Source: Azolla caroliniana
Taxonomy: Eukaryota; Plantae; Polypodiophyta
Length of the DNA stretch: 64,000 bases
Reading direction: 5' to 3'
NCBI GenBank assembly: GCA_043228905.1
Contig: JBHGNT010000003.1
Span: 22,754,001-22,818,000 of the forward strand
Part shown: in pieces, positions 51,835 through 64,000 of the stretch
Layout of the letters: each line of letters opens with the position of its first letter
Numbering within the stretch: the first letter of the stretch is position 1
The notes under the pieces: model-generated
Told to the model about the DNA's origin: nothing
Databases searched by the model: none
What the model saw: the letters and a program-made list of their open reading frames with translations, nothing else
Program-made: the position numbers and the translations under genes

Positions 51835-53129
51835 ATGGAGAGAAGCATAGGATCTCAGAACCTGCCTTCGATGTCCAAATATGGCGATATACAATCCTTC
51901 CTTATGGCATCATCATCATCATCATCTTCTTCTTCTTCTTCTCCAATCGAAGGATTAGCGGATTCATGGAAGCTTCCGGAGATCACAGTTACACAGAGGA
52001 ATGGTTCATCCTGCCAGATCTATTCTCGTTTCTCTGTTCCTGTCCCTCCAGACGATGTCTTTGATCTCATCATTGATCCAGAGAACAAACGCGTCTTCAA
52101 GAATATCAAGGTAACTCTATAATCTATTTATTCTTTTCTTTTCTTTTGGCTTTTCTATTTCTTTTTTCTCCGTTTCTCTGTATACGTATTGCCAGAATTG
52201 GCCCCCTGAAGTTTTTAGTTATTTCTCCAAATGCCCCTGACTTTTCTCATTATTTCCCAAAATGCCATGGCTTGATCTCCCAAGCGAAACGAGAGAGAGA
52301 GAGAGAAATGTGAGTTGACTTGTCCTCGAAATTTCGCTATTTCACCAAATGCCCTTGGGCAAACCCTAGTAGAGTGAGAGAGAGCGAGAGAGAGGAAAAG
52401 GGAAATAATTGACCATATAATTGATTGAATAACACATATCCGTTCGGGAAATTAATAGTGTGTCTCGGAAAACAACAAAAACTCAAGGGGTTACATTCTG
52501 GGAACTATAAATGTATCCTTGTAGCGAACGAATTCTTGTCCTTATAATCATGGGATGTTCGTCTTAATTTATGGGCTTAGACCAACTCATCGTGTTGTCT
52601 CTAGGAAGTTAAAAACCGGAAAGTTGTCCATGACGATGGAAACAAGCAAATCGTTGAAATGGAGCAAGTGGGAAGTATCTTCTCATCCCAACTCCGAGTG
52701 GAACAAAATCGTGAGCAACATACAGTCAGTTCTCTTCCCTTTTCACTATTCTCACTATTGTTTAGTCCTACATTTTAATCTAGATCATGAATGTTTCATA
52801 AATATACTCATTTGCAGATGGTTTTCAACCTATTGAAACAAGGGACGATGAAGAAATTCTCAGGTTCATGGAAGATAGATCCATTCAATGCTAGTTCTAG
52901 CGATGACAATTATAATCAAAGCCCTCTCAACATTGGCCAAATAGGATCCTTAATAACATTCAATCAAGTTGTGGAACCAGCTATTGTGACCCCTTGGCCA
53001 TTGAAAGGACTTGTAAAAGGTGTCACTACAAAGTTTATTAAAGAGTTATTGGGAGATCTACAATGTGAATGTATGCATATAGCACGATCGAAGAGAAGTG
53101 ACTGTAAGTTTGACCCAAAAGGTGGCTAG
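51835..53129 (+). CDS. DUF220/START-like protein, duplicate copy (exons 51835-52110, 52605-52724, 52818-53129)
   Basis: Same as 3680-4974 except D->N (MVFDLL vs MVFNLL). Confidence 0.85.
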
Positions 53130-56100
53130 TCTCCTTGATATCGACACAAAAAAGTTACATGTATAATAGCATATTTTTGTGATTTATATTCTTTTTTAAT
53201 GTTCATTCTTTCAGCTTTAATGGAAATAGGATCTATGGATGTCACTAGATAGTCGATACATGATGTTTTGCTACTCTTCTTTGATAATGTTGAATTTTAG
53301 GTTTTCACCCATGTGTTTTAATTACAAGAGTGTTTGTCAAAACATGGAGAAGTGCATAATAGGGTAACTAAATATTTGATCTAGGTATCATAGAGGCATG
53401 TTGAGCTATATTATGTTGTCCATTCTTTAGTTTATTGGATCATCCCATGTTCTAGTATATGCATGCGTTAGTATATTTGTGAAATATTAGAATATGGGCG
53501 TAAAGCTACAAACATGAAAGGATTGACCAACATTTTTCATGGAACATGTTTCCAAGAGAACTGTAATGTTGTAGCACATTTGCGTTAGGAAATGACACAT
53601 TTGTGTAGCACATACAATTAACAAAATAGTTTTCAAACCAGAATACACAAGGTAAAGAAAACTTGTATTCTCTATTGTATCATCCACAAATATGCACATT
53701 TGAACACTATATATTATCTAAAGGGTCCATGAATGATGATGGCAAGAAAATGATCTAATGGGTAAATGTTGCATCCCCCTAGAAATGATTGTGAATGAGA
53801 CCAAACCTTCAAAATGATTTTTGAAACTATATATTTGTATATGTTTGGAAACCAAAACAAAGATTGCTCTTGAGTTGATGGATAAAAGTTCTTGTTGATA
53901 GACAAGTGAATAATTGTTTCAGATCTTTTGCAACAAAAAGAGATGGGTTCACTACAAGAGATTGAATTGTCTCCTTTTCTCTAGGATCCACACTTAGTTA
54001 TCTCCACAAGAACCCCATTTGTTTGAGCAATATACTTCAAACCCAAAGTTTAATAAGTTTTTTTTTTCACCATGCGTTAGATTTGGTGATTTGTTATAAA
54101 TCATTTCCATGAGCTTGTACTAGAGGAGGGGGAAGAATTTTGTAGATGTAATGAGCTACTAGTGCATTGTGCAACCATCTTAATTCATGTGTTTCCTCGA
54201 TTCAATTGCCAGTAAGAAAAACCTATTTAATGCTTCTATTGGCTGCATGTGGGTAAATGAAGTTTATGACTATTGGTTTCCCTTGCATGTTCACACACAA
54301 TGCTTCACTCAAGATTTAAGTCACCTTGTATTTTTGTTATCCTAGTCAAGGCCTCACATATCAATGTGAGCCTATTGTGGACATCAAGACAGAATCCCTA
54401 CATTTGATATGTGTTTTGTAGGGCCAAGTAATACACTACTCAATGATGAAAGATCTTAGGTCTTTTTCTTTCGTTTTTTCCAAAAAAAGATATTAGGTCT
54501 TGTATGAGTAGCGCGCTCCATCTTTGGTTAGAATATACTTTGACTCTATGTGTTATTGATATGCATTATTTCTACATTGTTGAAATTCTTGAAATAATAA
54601 ACTATGAAATCATATGGAATTCTTAGTGTGGCCTCTTGTTTGTACCGTTCATTCTATGTAATTAAAGTTGTTGTAGTTTGATATTTTATATTCCAATATT
54701 GCCAAACATCCATTATACTCATGGACCTCCATATACTATCATTACCTAAACTATAGCTCAAATTTAATTTTCGAACAACTTATTTGCGAGTTTTGTTATG
54801 TTAGTTGTCCCTTCCTTCTTAGGTATCATACAAAATTCCAAATCTACCTTGTCATTCTCTAACATCACATGCCACTAACCAATTTGGGGAGTTTATCTAC
54901 TTGAGAGTTATGCCATGTATGTACAACTACCAATATGTATAATTTGTCCTTTACGCTAAAGTATTTCACTAATTTATTAGACAACTCTTTCATATGAAAA
55001 TTTCCAATAACCAAGTTCCACATCTAACTCGAGCTAATTGCTAATTAAGAGAAACATGTGTACGTCTTTGAGGAATGGGCTTGAACTTTAGTGCCTTCGC
55101 CGCTTCCTCAATGTTTACCCTATACTCAACACGACGTCTCTTCTTTTCATATCTCTAAACTAGATGACCATTAACGAAGTTTCATAATATTCCTAAAACA
55201 TTCCCCATATCCAAATAGTTTCATGGATATCCAACTTTCATATCATCATCTACTACCACATAAATTTAGACATTGATGAACTCTTTGCATGCAAGAAAAC
55301 CACTATGGGAGTTGGGTGGTTTGACAAGTAGTCAAAAGAGTAGAAAATCATGAACTAAGATGGATCGTACAATGTTTTGTGTCATCTTTTTAAGTCGAGC
55401 TTTTTACATGGAAATAATAATGGCTAGTTTATATTAGATGTTTGCATTATAATGACGATAAAATACGAACTACTTCTAAAGGTTGTGCTTATATATTTAT
55501 TATCATTCCTTCTATCCAATCACATTAGTGAACACACCCTTACATATGCAAATATTAGTGACCTACCCTCACCTATGTTATGTGTGCATAACATTTATTC
55601 AATGTCCCAGTGCACCCATCATTTCTTAAACATACCTCTATTGTTTTTTTAATTTCCTTAGAAGCTATGGTTCATGATACAATTGGAGAACAAATGATGT
55701 ATTTCCTTGTTGTGTCAAATGATTTCTTACATTATGTATGTTATTCACTTAAAGTTGTAACTTATGGCAAAATTCCTCATTAAGTTTCCTTAGGATGTTA
55801 AAGAGAGATCTATTTGTCTTGTACTTATACTTTGAAAAAAGTTTGTGGTTGTCATTTAGTCCTATAATGAATCTATCCCTCGATGTGATGGTTGTAAATG
55901 ATGCATACTTTCGAGAATGATCTTATGAATAATACTTTTTATGTTTGACAATGATCTCATGGGGAGAGAGAGCATTTTGGTAAGGTTTTCCGACAAAGAC
56001 AAGAAGATGCAATTGTCACATAGTGCAAGTTGTCCGATTTGAACCCCAATGCTCATAGGGGTTTAGTAAAAATACTACTTACCACTTGCATACAACCTCA

Positions 56101-56721
56101 ACTTCATGAATGGATGATATTTTTGAACATTGGGGCAATTTAGGAATCTCATAGAAAATAATGGGTATTTGGGTAATGTCATATTATTTACATATACGGA
56201 AGTAATGAATGGGAAGGTAAAGGGTTCAAACTAAAAGGTACTACTAAAAACATCCCGTTCGTTAAGTATCCAACACTCAACACACTGGTTGTGGAGATTG
56301 TGTGCCAACAGGCGAAACCAAGCTCAACCAACTAGTGCTCAACCAACACACTGGTTGTGGAGATTGTACGAAAAAGGGGAATAAAACAAACCAAATAGGA
56401 AACAATGTAGGTCAATGGGCAACCTAGTGTCAAAGGGAGATGCTTGCATTGTAAAAAGCTATAAAAGCCACCTTTTGGTGACTTTTGTAGCTCTTCTTGA
56501 TTCTTAGGATTTCTCCTTTCTATTAGTGCACTAAGAGCTCCTTTTCTATCTCCCTAATCCTTCATTGCAGTTAAGAGAGATCAGTGTTAAGAACTAAGTA
56601 AGCTGAACCCTAATCTCCTCTTCTTGTATGGTGCTAAACTTCTATATAATAGGAAGTGATGTTAATAATATATATCTTCTTATTCTCACATTCTTGTTTA
56701 TGTGTAAGAGAGATTAAAGCA

Positions 56722-56755
<34 letters not shown>

Positions 56756-57120
56756 TAAATAATAATAGGTAAAAACTAAGCAACATAGAACCTCGAAGGT
56801 GCTAGGGAGGATGGAAAGACTAAGAGGGACACAACGTAAGGAACTTAAAGACGTCAAAAGTTTCCTCAAGTTGAAAGATTGGGAGAGTCGAAAGCTCCTA
56901 AGTGTCGAATGCTCAAGGAGTCAAAAGCTCTGAAGAGTCGATGCTTCAAGGAGTCAAAAGCTTGGAGAGTCGAAAGATCCTAAGAGTTGAAAGCTCTTAA
57001 GAGTGGAATGATCTGACTAGTCGAAGGGTGCAACGTGTTCCTCTGCTTTCCCCTCTCACTCTCGCATAGTAGACCAATGATAATTGTTTAAGATTAGCCT
57101 TGGAAACAAGAGATTAGCAT

Positions 57121-59665
57121 TGTTGAGAATCAAAATCAACTTCCCTAGTGTGGGAACACACCTTAGTAATACTCAAGTGTGTGAACACCACACCTCCTAG
57201 TATAGTAACTAGTGTGTCATAGAACTGTAAAGTTCTATGAATATTTAGTAGATAGTTAAGTCTCCACCTCTTTTGTTAGTGGTGGTTGTAGTGAGAGAAC
57301 ATAGAGAGAACGTGACTACATAAGCACATTCTCCTCCTCTTTGTAACAATTGGTTCATTCTTACTCCTTGTTAACGAAGTTGAAAATGCAACCGATCGAC
57401 ATGTCTTATGCCTTTGATCTGACGGCGGCAAGGATTATTTCTCCGATGCCTTCACAACATACCTTCAACAAGAAGGAATTCAATGGGAATTCACCTCTTG
57501 ACACACACCTTAGCAAAACGGAGTAGTCAAGCGAAAGAACCGGCATATACTCAAGGTGGCAAGGGCAATGATGAATCAGAGACATCTGCCGAAATCTTAC
57601 TGGGATGAAGTGGTGAACACGATTGTCTATCTAATGAATCAATGCACGATATTACCCCCCACGAGAAGTTCTATGGAAAGAAGTTGGAGTTATCCCACGT
57701 AAGGATATTCACCTCTATCACATTCATACATATTCCCGATGGAAAGCGGGAAAAGCTGGATCCAAAATTGAATAAGTGTATCCTCGTGGGGTACTCGCTC
57801 AAACAAAAGGGGTATAAGTGTTTCAATTCCTCTACCATGAAGGTACGAGTGAGTAGGGATGTCGTATTCAATGAATCAACATCTTGGTACTCGGTCGACT
57901 CAGCTCCATCCGATCCAATCGAAACCAATTTCGATATAGACTCGGAGGAGAATGATCGACTAAGGCTCACACCAGAGGAGAGTTCAATCTCAACCAGATT
58001 GAGTGGACCGCAAGAGCCACTAAGCGACCATAGCACATTGCGGCCAAGTCCGAAATCAGACAAAGGAAAGGCTAAAATGCCTTAGTATGAAGACTCAGAT
58101 GAAAACGAATTGGCTCACCAACTTGACAATGAGTATGGTGGATTGGATGTGCCTATATGAGGACAATAGGAGCCAAGAAAGCGTTAACGAAGACAAGTGA
58201 ACAACCACGTCGGTCCACCTGAGAAAAGAACGTAGTTAGCCGATTTGGCTACAACGACTACATTGCATATCATTATGCATTCATGATGAAGGTGGCGACA
58301 GTCTGAGAGCTGAAAAAAATTTCCGAGCCATGAAGGACCTGCGATTGGTTGGAACAATGAATGAGGAGATGCAAGCACTCTCCATAAACGAGACATGGAA
58401 TCTCATCCCCTCTTCGCTCCATCAAAAGGCAATAGGATGCCGATGGATATTCAAAGTGAAGCATAGTGCTGACGACACCGTTAATTAGTATAAGTCCCAG
58501 TTGGTGGCAAAAGAGTATTTGTAGACACATTGGGTCAATTACGAAGAGACCTTTGCCCTGGTGGTAAAGTTGACTACCATTCGAACCGTGATCATGCTTG
58601 CATCAGCAAAATAGTGGCACTTCCATCAGATGGCGTCAAGAATGCCTTTCTCCAAGGAGAATTAGATGAGGAGGTGTACATGGTACAACCACCCGGATTC
58701 AAGTTGAGTACGCATATGACTACTGTCTGCCGACTTAAAAAGCCTCCCTACGGCCTCAAGCAAGCACCTAGAGCTTGACATTCGAAGATAACCCAATATC
58801 TTCATCAAATCAGCTTCAAAATGTCCAAGTACTATGACAATTCTAGGTTCATTCGGAACGACTCCAGAGGACAACTATTCGTCATAATTTATGTGAACGA
58901 CTTGGTCATTGGAGGAGAACACATCAAGGATATCGAACGTACCAAGACGCTACTCTCCGAACGATTCAAAATCAAAGACATGTAGGAGTTCCATTACTTT
59001 CTAGGGATAGAAGTAATTTGGATTCCTGATGGCATCATGATCTCCTAGCGACACTATATCCTCAATCTTCTTTACAGGTTTGGGATGATAGTGTGTAAGC
59101 CTGTCGCTACCCCTCTCGATCGAAACCTAAAGCTAGATGCTGAGTCTGGCACAAAAGAGTGTGAGTCGGCAATAGACAGCTGGAGTAGACTTGAAGCCAA
59201 CTCGAAGACCAGTCCGAACCAACTATTCGGCGATTGGAAATTGCGTTTGAAGGGGTATGTTAAGAATCAAACACAACTTCCCTAATGCGGGAACACCTTA
59301 GTATACTCAAGTGTGTGAACACCACACCTCTTAGTATAGTAACAATGTGTGTCATACAACTTTAAAGTTCTATGACACATATTTAGTATATAGTTAAGTC
59401 TCCATCTCTTTTGTTAGTGGTGGTTGTAGTGAGAGAACATGGAGAGAAGGTGACTACATAAGCACCTTCTCCTCCTCTTTGTAATTGTTGGTTCATTTTT
59501 ACTCCTTGTTAATACAATTTTTTAATTGTTTTCTGTATATCGCGTGTTCTCTCTCTCTCATATTTGACCTCCAAAGACAATAATATAATCTATCCATCTA
59601 TCTCTCGACTACACACACACATACATACACCTTCTGCTGCACAGAATCACACTCGATTCTTTACA
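57121..59665 (+). mobile_element. Duplicate of copia element 1
   Basis: Same LTRs and AGCAT TSD. Confidence 0.93.
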
Positions 59666-61176
59666 AGCATAACAAACATAAGATTAAGGAGGGATAAACG
59701 AGATTAAGTTCCAAGAAGCCCTTTTTAAGCTGAAATCGTTGGATTAAGGAAAAAAAATCCTTTGTAAGATAGGATTACAAAGCTTCAGATGATTGATTAC
59801 AATGGTGGCAACTAAAATTAACCACTAAATAAGAAACGGAAAACACAAGGTAGGATAACGTTAGAAGCTTTCGGTGATGATGTGTTGGGTGGGTCACTGA
59901 CTGCGATTACTTCCGATAGCTATGATGTCTCAGTTCGAAGTAGTGTTATTGGCCACTCTATCCTCCCTTGGAATGGCCAATATGCATGCTAGTCGGATTC
60001 CCCCCCTTTTCATACCACCATGCAATGAGCTCTGTGATGGTAGAGACCACGGCGACCACCTAAGAAGAGGTCGAGAAGCAGAAGTGGAGGGACAATATAT
60101 CTTCATGTTAATCCGAGGTCAACCTCCAAAATGCCGAGAAGATGAATGATGAGAGTGGAAAGCTCCTTCTCCTCCGAAAAGTCGAAAACCTAAACAAAAA
60201 GAAGAGTCGAAGAAGGCCAAAAACTCGCGAGAGAGCTTCATATGCTGAAAGACGAATGATGAGCATTCAAAGCTCCTCTTGCTCCAAAATGCCAAAACCT
60301 AGAAAACAAATCAGACAAAGAAACCCTACAAAGCCAAAAATGAGGGTGCCTTATTTGCGTTTAATGTATTTATTCCTCTTTTTCTTTGTTCCTTAAATCA
60401 TGATAGAGAAGCTAACTCTATACTCCTTGAGCCAAGTGAACTGTTCATCGACGTTGTGCCATATAACACCCAATTACTTGGTCACAAGCTTTGCAAATAG
60501 TTGTTGTACTATGATGGGTGATTTGTTCTGTGTATTATCTAAGGCAGTACATAAGTTCCCCAAATCCTCATACAATAGATGTGAAAAAATCACCATTAAA
60601 ACATATCGTTCCACAAAATATACATTTAGGAGTGATTTGCATCACTGTGATCGCTACTTTCATGACAATCACAACTATAGCTAATATACAATTGTGACTC
60701 TTCCTCCTCATTTTCAAATATACCAATCAAAGCATTGTCATTATCTAAAACCAAATGGTGTCTCCAAATTATGTGCACTAAATCAAGTTCACCTTCAATC
60801 TAAGACACCTTCTAGACTTGGTAATTTCTCTTTTATTATGTCTATCGTTGACTTCCTTAAATGTCCAACTTTTCTTAGTGTATAGTCATATCCACCAGAG
60901 TTTTGCTCGCTTTGTCATCCTTGGTCCCATGTAAATGTTTCTTTATTGTGGATGGACAAACTATCAAGATCAACATTAGATGCTTGAAGTGGTGATTGAG
61001 AACCACACGAATATTGTATAGACCATGTAAACAACATTTCCAAGGTCCAATTACCATCGATACAATTATTTTTAAAACCGAGATTTCATTACAATCCATA
61101 AAATGTAACAAATTCATATTAAATTATTTTTTTCGGGAAAAAAACTTTACAAATGAATTCAATACATTTTCATCAC

Positions 61177-61761
61177 AACTCAATACAATGTATTGAGTTC
61201 ATGTGCACAGTTATTTATCTATTTATTTATTTTAAATTTAGAAAAAAAAACTCTACACCAACTCAATACAATGTATCGAGTTCGTGTGTAAAGTTTTCAA
61301 AATCAAAACTCAAAGCACATGAACTCGATGCATTGTATCGAATTGTGATGAAAATAGAGAGTTTTCAACATCAATTCGATACAATGTATTGAGTTCATGT
61401 TTAAAGTTAAAAACGAATTACACTTTAAACATGAACTCGATATATTGTATCGAATTGATGTTGAAAACTCCCTATTTTCATCCAAACTCAATATATTGTA
61501 TCGAGTTTAGGCTCCTGGGACTTCAATTCGATACATATTATCGAGTTGGTGCACCTAGGAGCCTCAACTCGATACAATGCATCCAATTGGGACTCCACTC
61601 GATACAATGTATCCAATTGGAAACCTAACTCGCTACACTGTATCGAGTTGAGGCTCTTGGGACTTCAACTCAATACAATGAATCAAGTTGCAGTCCAAAC
61701 TTCATACATTGTAACGAATTGAGGCTCCTAGGTGCACCAACTCGATACAATTTATTGAGTT
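61177..61761. repeat. Duplicate palindromic 23-bp repeat array, 183 bp shorter
   Basis: Unit 8 is fused directly to unit 12 at ~61566. Confidence 0.95.
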
Positions 61762-62329
61762 TCCATTGCATATGAGCTACTCTTTGTACAATGTATGGAA
61801 GGGAGATATTCATGGACAAAACCAAGGGTTGTGTACTCTTTAGTTGTATTTAATTACCAAAAAAACCCTGAAATTACTCTCAACAAGCTAATTTAAATAG
61901 AAACTTTAGAGCTGAAAATGAGAGATTTTAGATGGGGTTGTGATTCATAGATGATTCTAAAGTATAGGTTTTATGCCCTTTTTTCATCATTTGCAATTTT
62001 TTCTGTATTTGAAGCCCAATAATAACTTGAACCTTGGAGTAACGTTGATGTTTCTGTTAGTGAAATATTAGGTCTACTGAGCCTCAGGACGAGAGACCAA
62101 TTAAAAAAATTATAATAAAATATTAGAGTTCACCCATTGAGACCACCCAAATCCGTGTCATCGCCTATCCCCAAAAAGGAAAAAAAACTATTATTTGACA
62201 ATGATATTGCTAGGCAGTCTTTGGACGAGGTTGGTTAGAAGAAAATTGTGGTTGTAGTAGGAGGGGAAACCCTTGCAGATAGAGATATGACCAACTATGA
62301 GTGGGCAATGACTATGAGTGGGACTTGGC

Positions 62330-62423
62330 AATCCCTATGAGAAGCCTCAACGTCTGATGATGCGCCTGGTGGAAATGTTCTCAAATCAAAATGATTGGAT
62401 ATTAGATTTGTTTTTTGGCACGG
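62330..62423 (+). pseudogene. Duplicate of the N4/N6 DNA methyltransferase exon fragment
   Basis: Identical peptide NPYEKPQRLMMRLVEMFSNQNDWILDLFFGTG. Confidence 0.7.
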
Positions 62424-63928
62424 GTATGTTTTCAATTCATTGTCCCAATTGCTTGATGAAACAACTTACATTGTTGAATTGTTATGTGAAACATTCTCTA
62501 AGGAAGACGAAGACAATGATGTACATACCCTCATAGCAATTTAAACCATTTTTATCTCGATACAATTGATGTAGTTGTCACAAATGTTTTGCTTTTAATC
62601 AAATATTTACTTTGTTTTTACGGTTCTATCTTATCAATGTTGTCTTATAGATGTTTGTTGGAATGTTCCAATTATTTGTATTATACATTGTTTAATATTT
62701 GAATTACTTGGTTGATGTGTTTTTTTTTGTTGCACGATCTTATTATTAATTGTAAATTATGTTTTGGTCTATATTCATTCTTTACAACATTAATCTATCT
62801 ACATCCATTGAAACATTTAGTTGTTTTATACAGTGTATAATGTTCAAATGATTTGTATATGTTCTTTAACTTTGTAGCACGATCTGATTATTAATTGCAC
62901 ATGAGTCTATATTCATTCATTAAAGCATTAATCTATATGCATCTACTAAAAATTTATTCCATATTCATATTTATCCACCAATCGGGTTTATAGTCCCTAA
63001 ACCCGTTTCGTTTATTGTCAATCACATTTTGAATTAAAACATACTTTTATAGACACTTAAAACTTTACAATTCTATTGTCTCTCTTATTTGAAATGTTGC
63101 TAGTAGTTGATTGAAATAATAGCTACGTGTCCATTTAGGGTTTCCAATTAATGATCCATTGTTGTAGGTGTTCTCATTCCTTGGTATGTATAGCTATTTC
63201 ATGAGTACTCCTTCGTATGTTTGGGTATGTCCTCTGGCTTCGGGGTTTATGGGTGTCTCTTCTTATACACGTTTCTTATTCACCGTTGACAATTGAATGT
63301 TGTCTCGATTTTGGCTCCCAATTATTTAGCATGTTTATGGCCGAATAGTTGTGATATATGTTTGACTGTATCTATTTTATGATAAACACAACCAAAACGA
63401 ACATTTCTCAATACTTATATGCATAATTTGCTTGGCTTCTCACAAACATATACCTTCGGTATTATATCTTGTAAGATTCATTAAGGATTAATTTGAATCA
63501 ATTGTAAGCACTAATATGTAGATATCACTTCCTCCTCTGGCATATACACCTCTATGGGATAGATAAACTAGCATAAGAACTATCACACTCCAGCTTACAA
63601 AAAAAAAATCTAGTTTAATAATATTGTTCCAAATCATTAACTTGTGACAGATGAGACTGCTATTGTGATATTCTTAAATTTAAATACATTGCGGAAGTGG
63701 AGATCATCGACTTTAAATATTTTCCTGAAAACTACATGTTCTCATTTAGAGACTTGTTACATATTAATAATTTAGCAAATTCTATATAGGTGGTTGATCA
63801 GGTGATACTGGTACCCAATATTTCACAATAGCCTAAATTTGTACTACTACAAAAGGAATCTAAAAGTGGAATGTGTGATCCTTCCACTTGTGAATGCGAA
63901 CATGTTAATTGGGATTAGGGAAAGTAGC

Positions 63929-64000
63929 TATTGAGAATCAACCTCAATCTAACATTGTGTGTGAACACACCCTTTGACAATCTATGAGCACTCAAAGGTC
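63929..64000 (+). mobile_element. Start of the element-2 LTR in copy B
   Basis: TATTGAGAATCAACCTCAATCTAAC... is identical to 15991. Confidence 0.9.

Larger units (their letters stand above)
48200..64000. repeat. Copy B of the >=16 kb duplication
   Basis: Near-identical to 1-16062. Confidence 0.98.

Overview
Eukaryotic (land-plant) genomic DNA: AT-rich, intron-containing genes, microsatellites and a 100-N gap. The overall style suggests a seedless plant such as a fern, but that is inference. Genes: three DUF220/START(SRPBCC)-like paralogs (two + copies, one - copy), a WDL/TPX2-domain gene, and an LPR1/CotA-type multicopper oxidase. Positions 1-16062 recur almost identically at 48200-64000, either a recent tandem duplication or uncollapsed haplotypes. 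Transposons include a nest of Ty1/copia elements with a solo LTR (4-bp TSD), hAT and L1-like relics, and several 3' ends of an RTE-X-like LINE with (TATC)n tails. The most unusual signals are: (i) an array of about 17 palindromic 23-bp repeats (AACTCGATACAATGTATCGAGTT) with nested higher-order hairpins, about 0.6 kb upstream of an apparently spliced fragment of a bacterial-type beta-class N4C/N6A DNA methyltransferase; (ii) a LINE family that appears to insert into (TC)n microsatellites and has a covarying 3' stem-loop; (iii) an in-frame 417-nt exitron-like insert, tandem uORFs and an altered acidic site in the multicopper oxidase.
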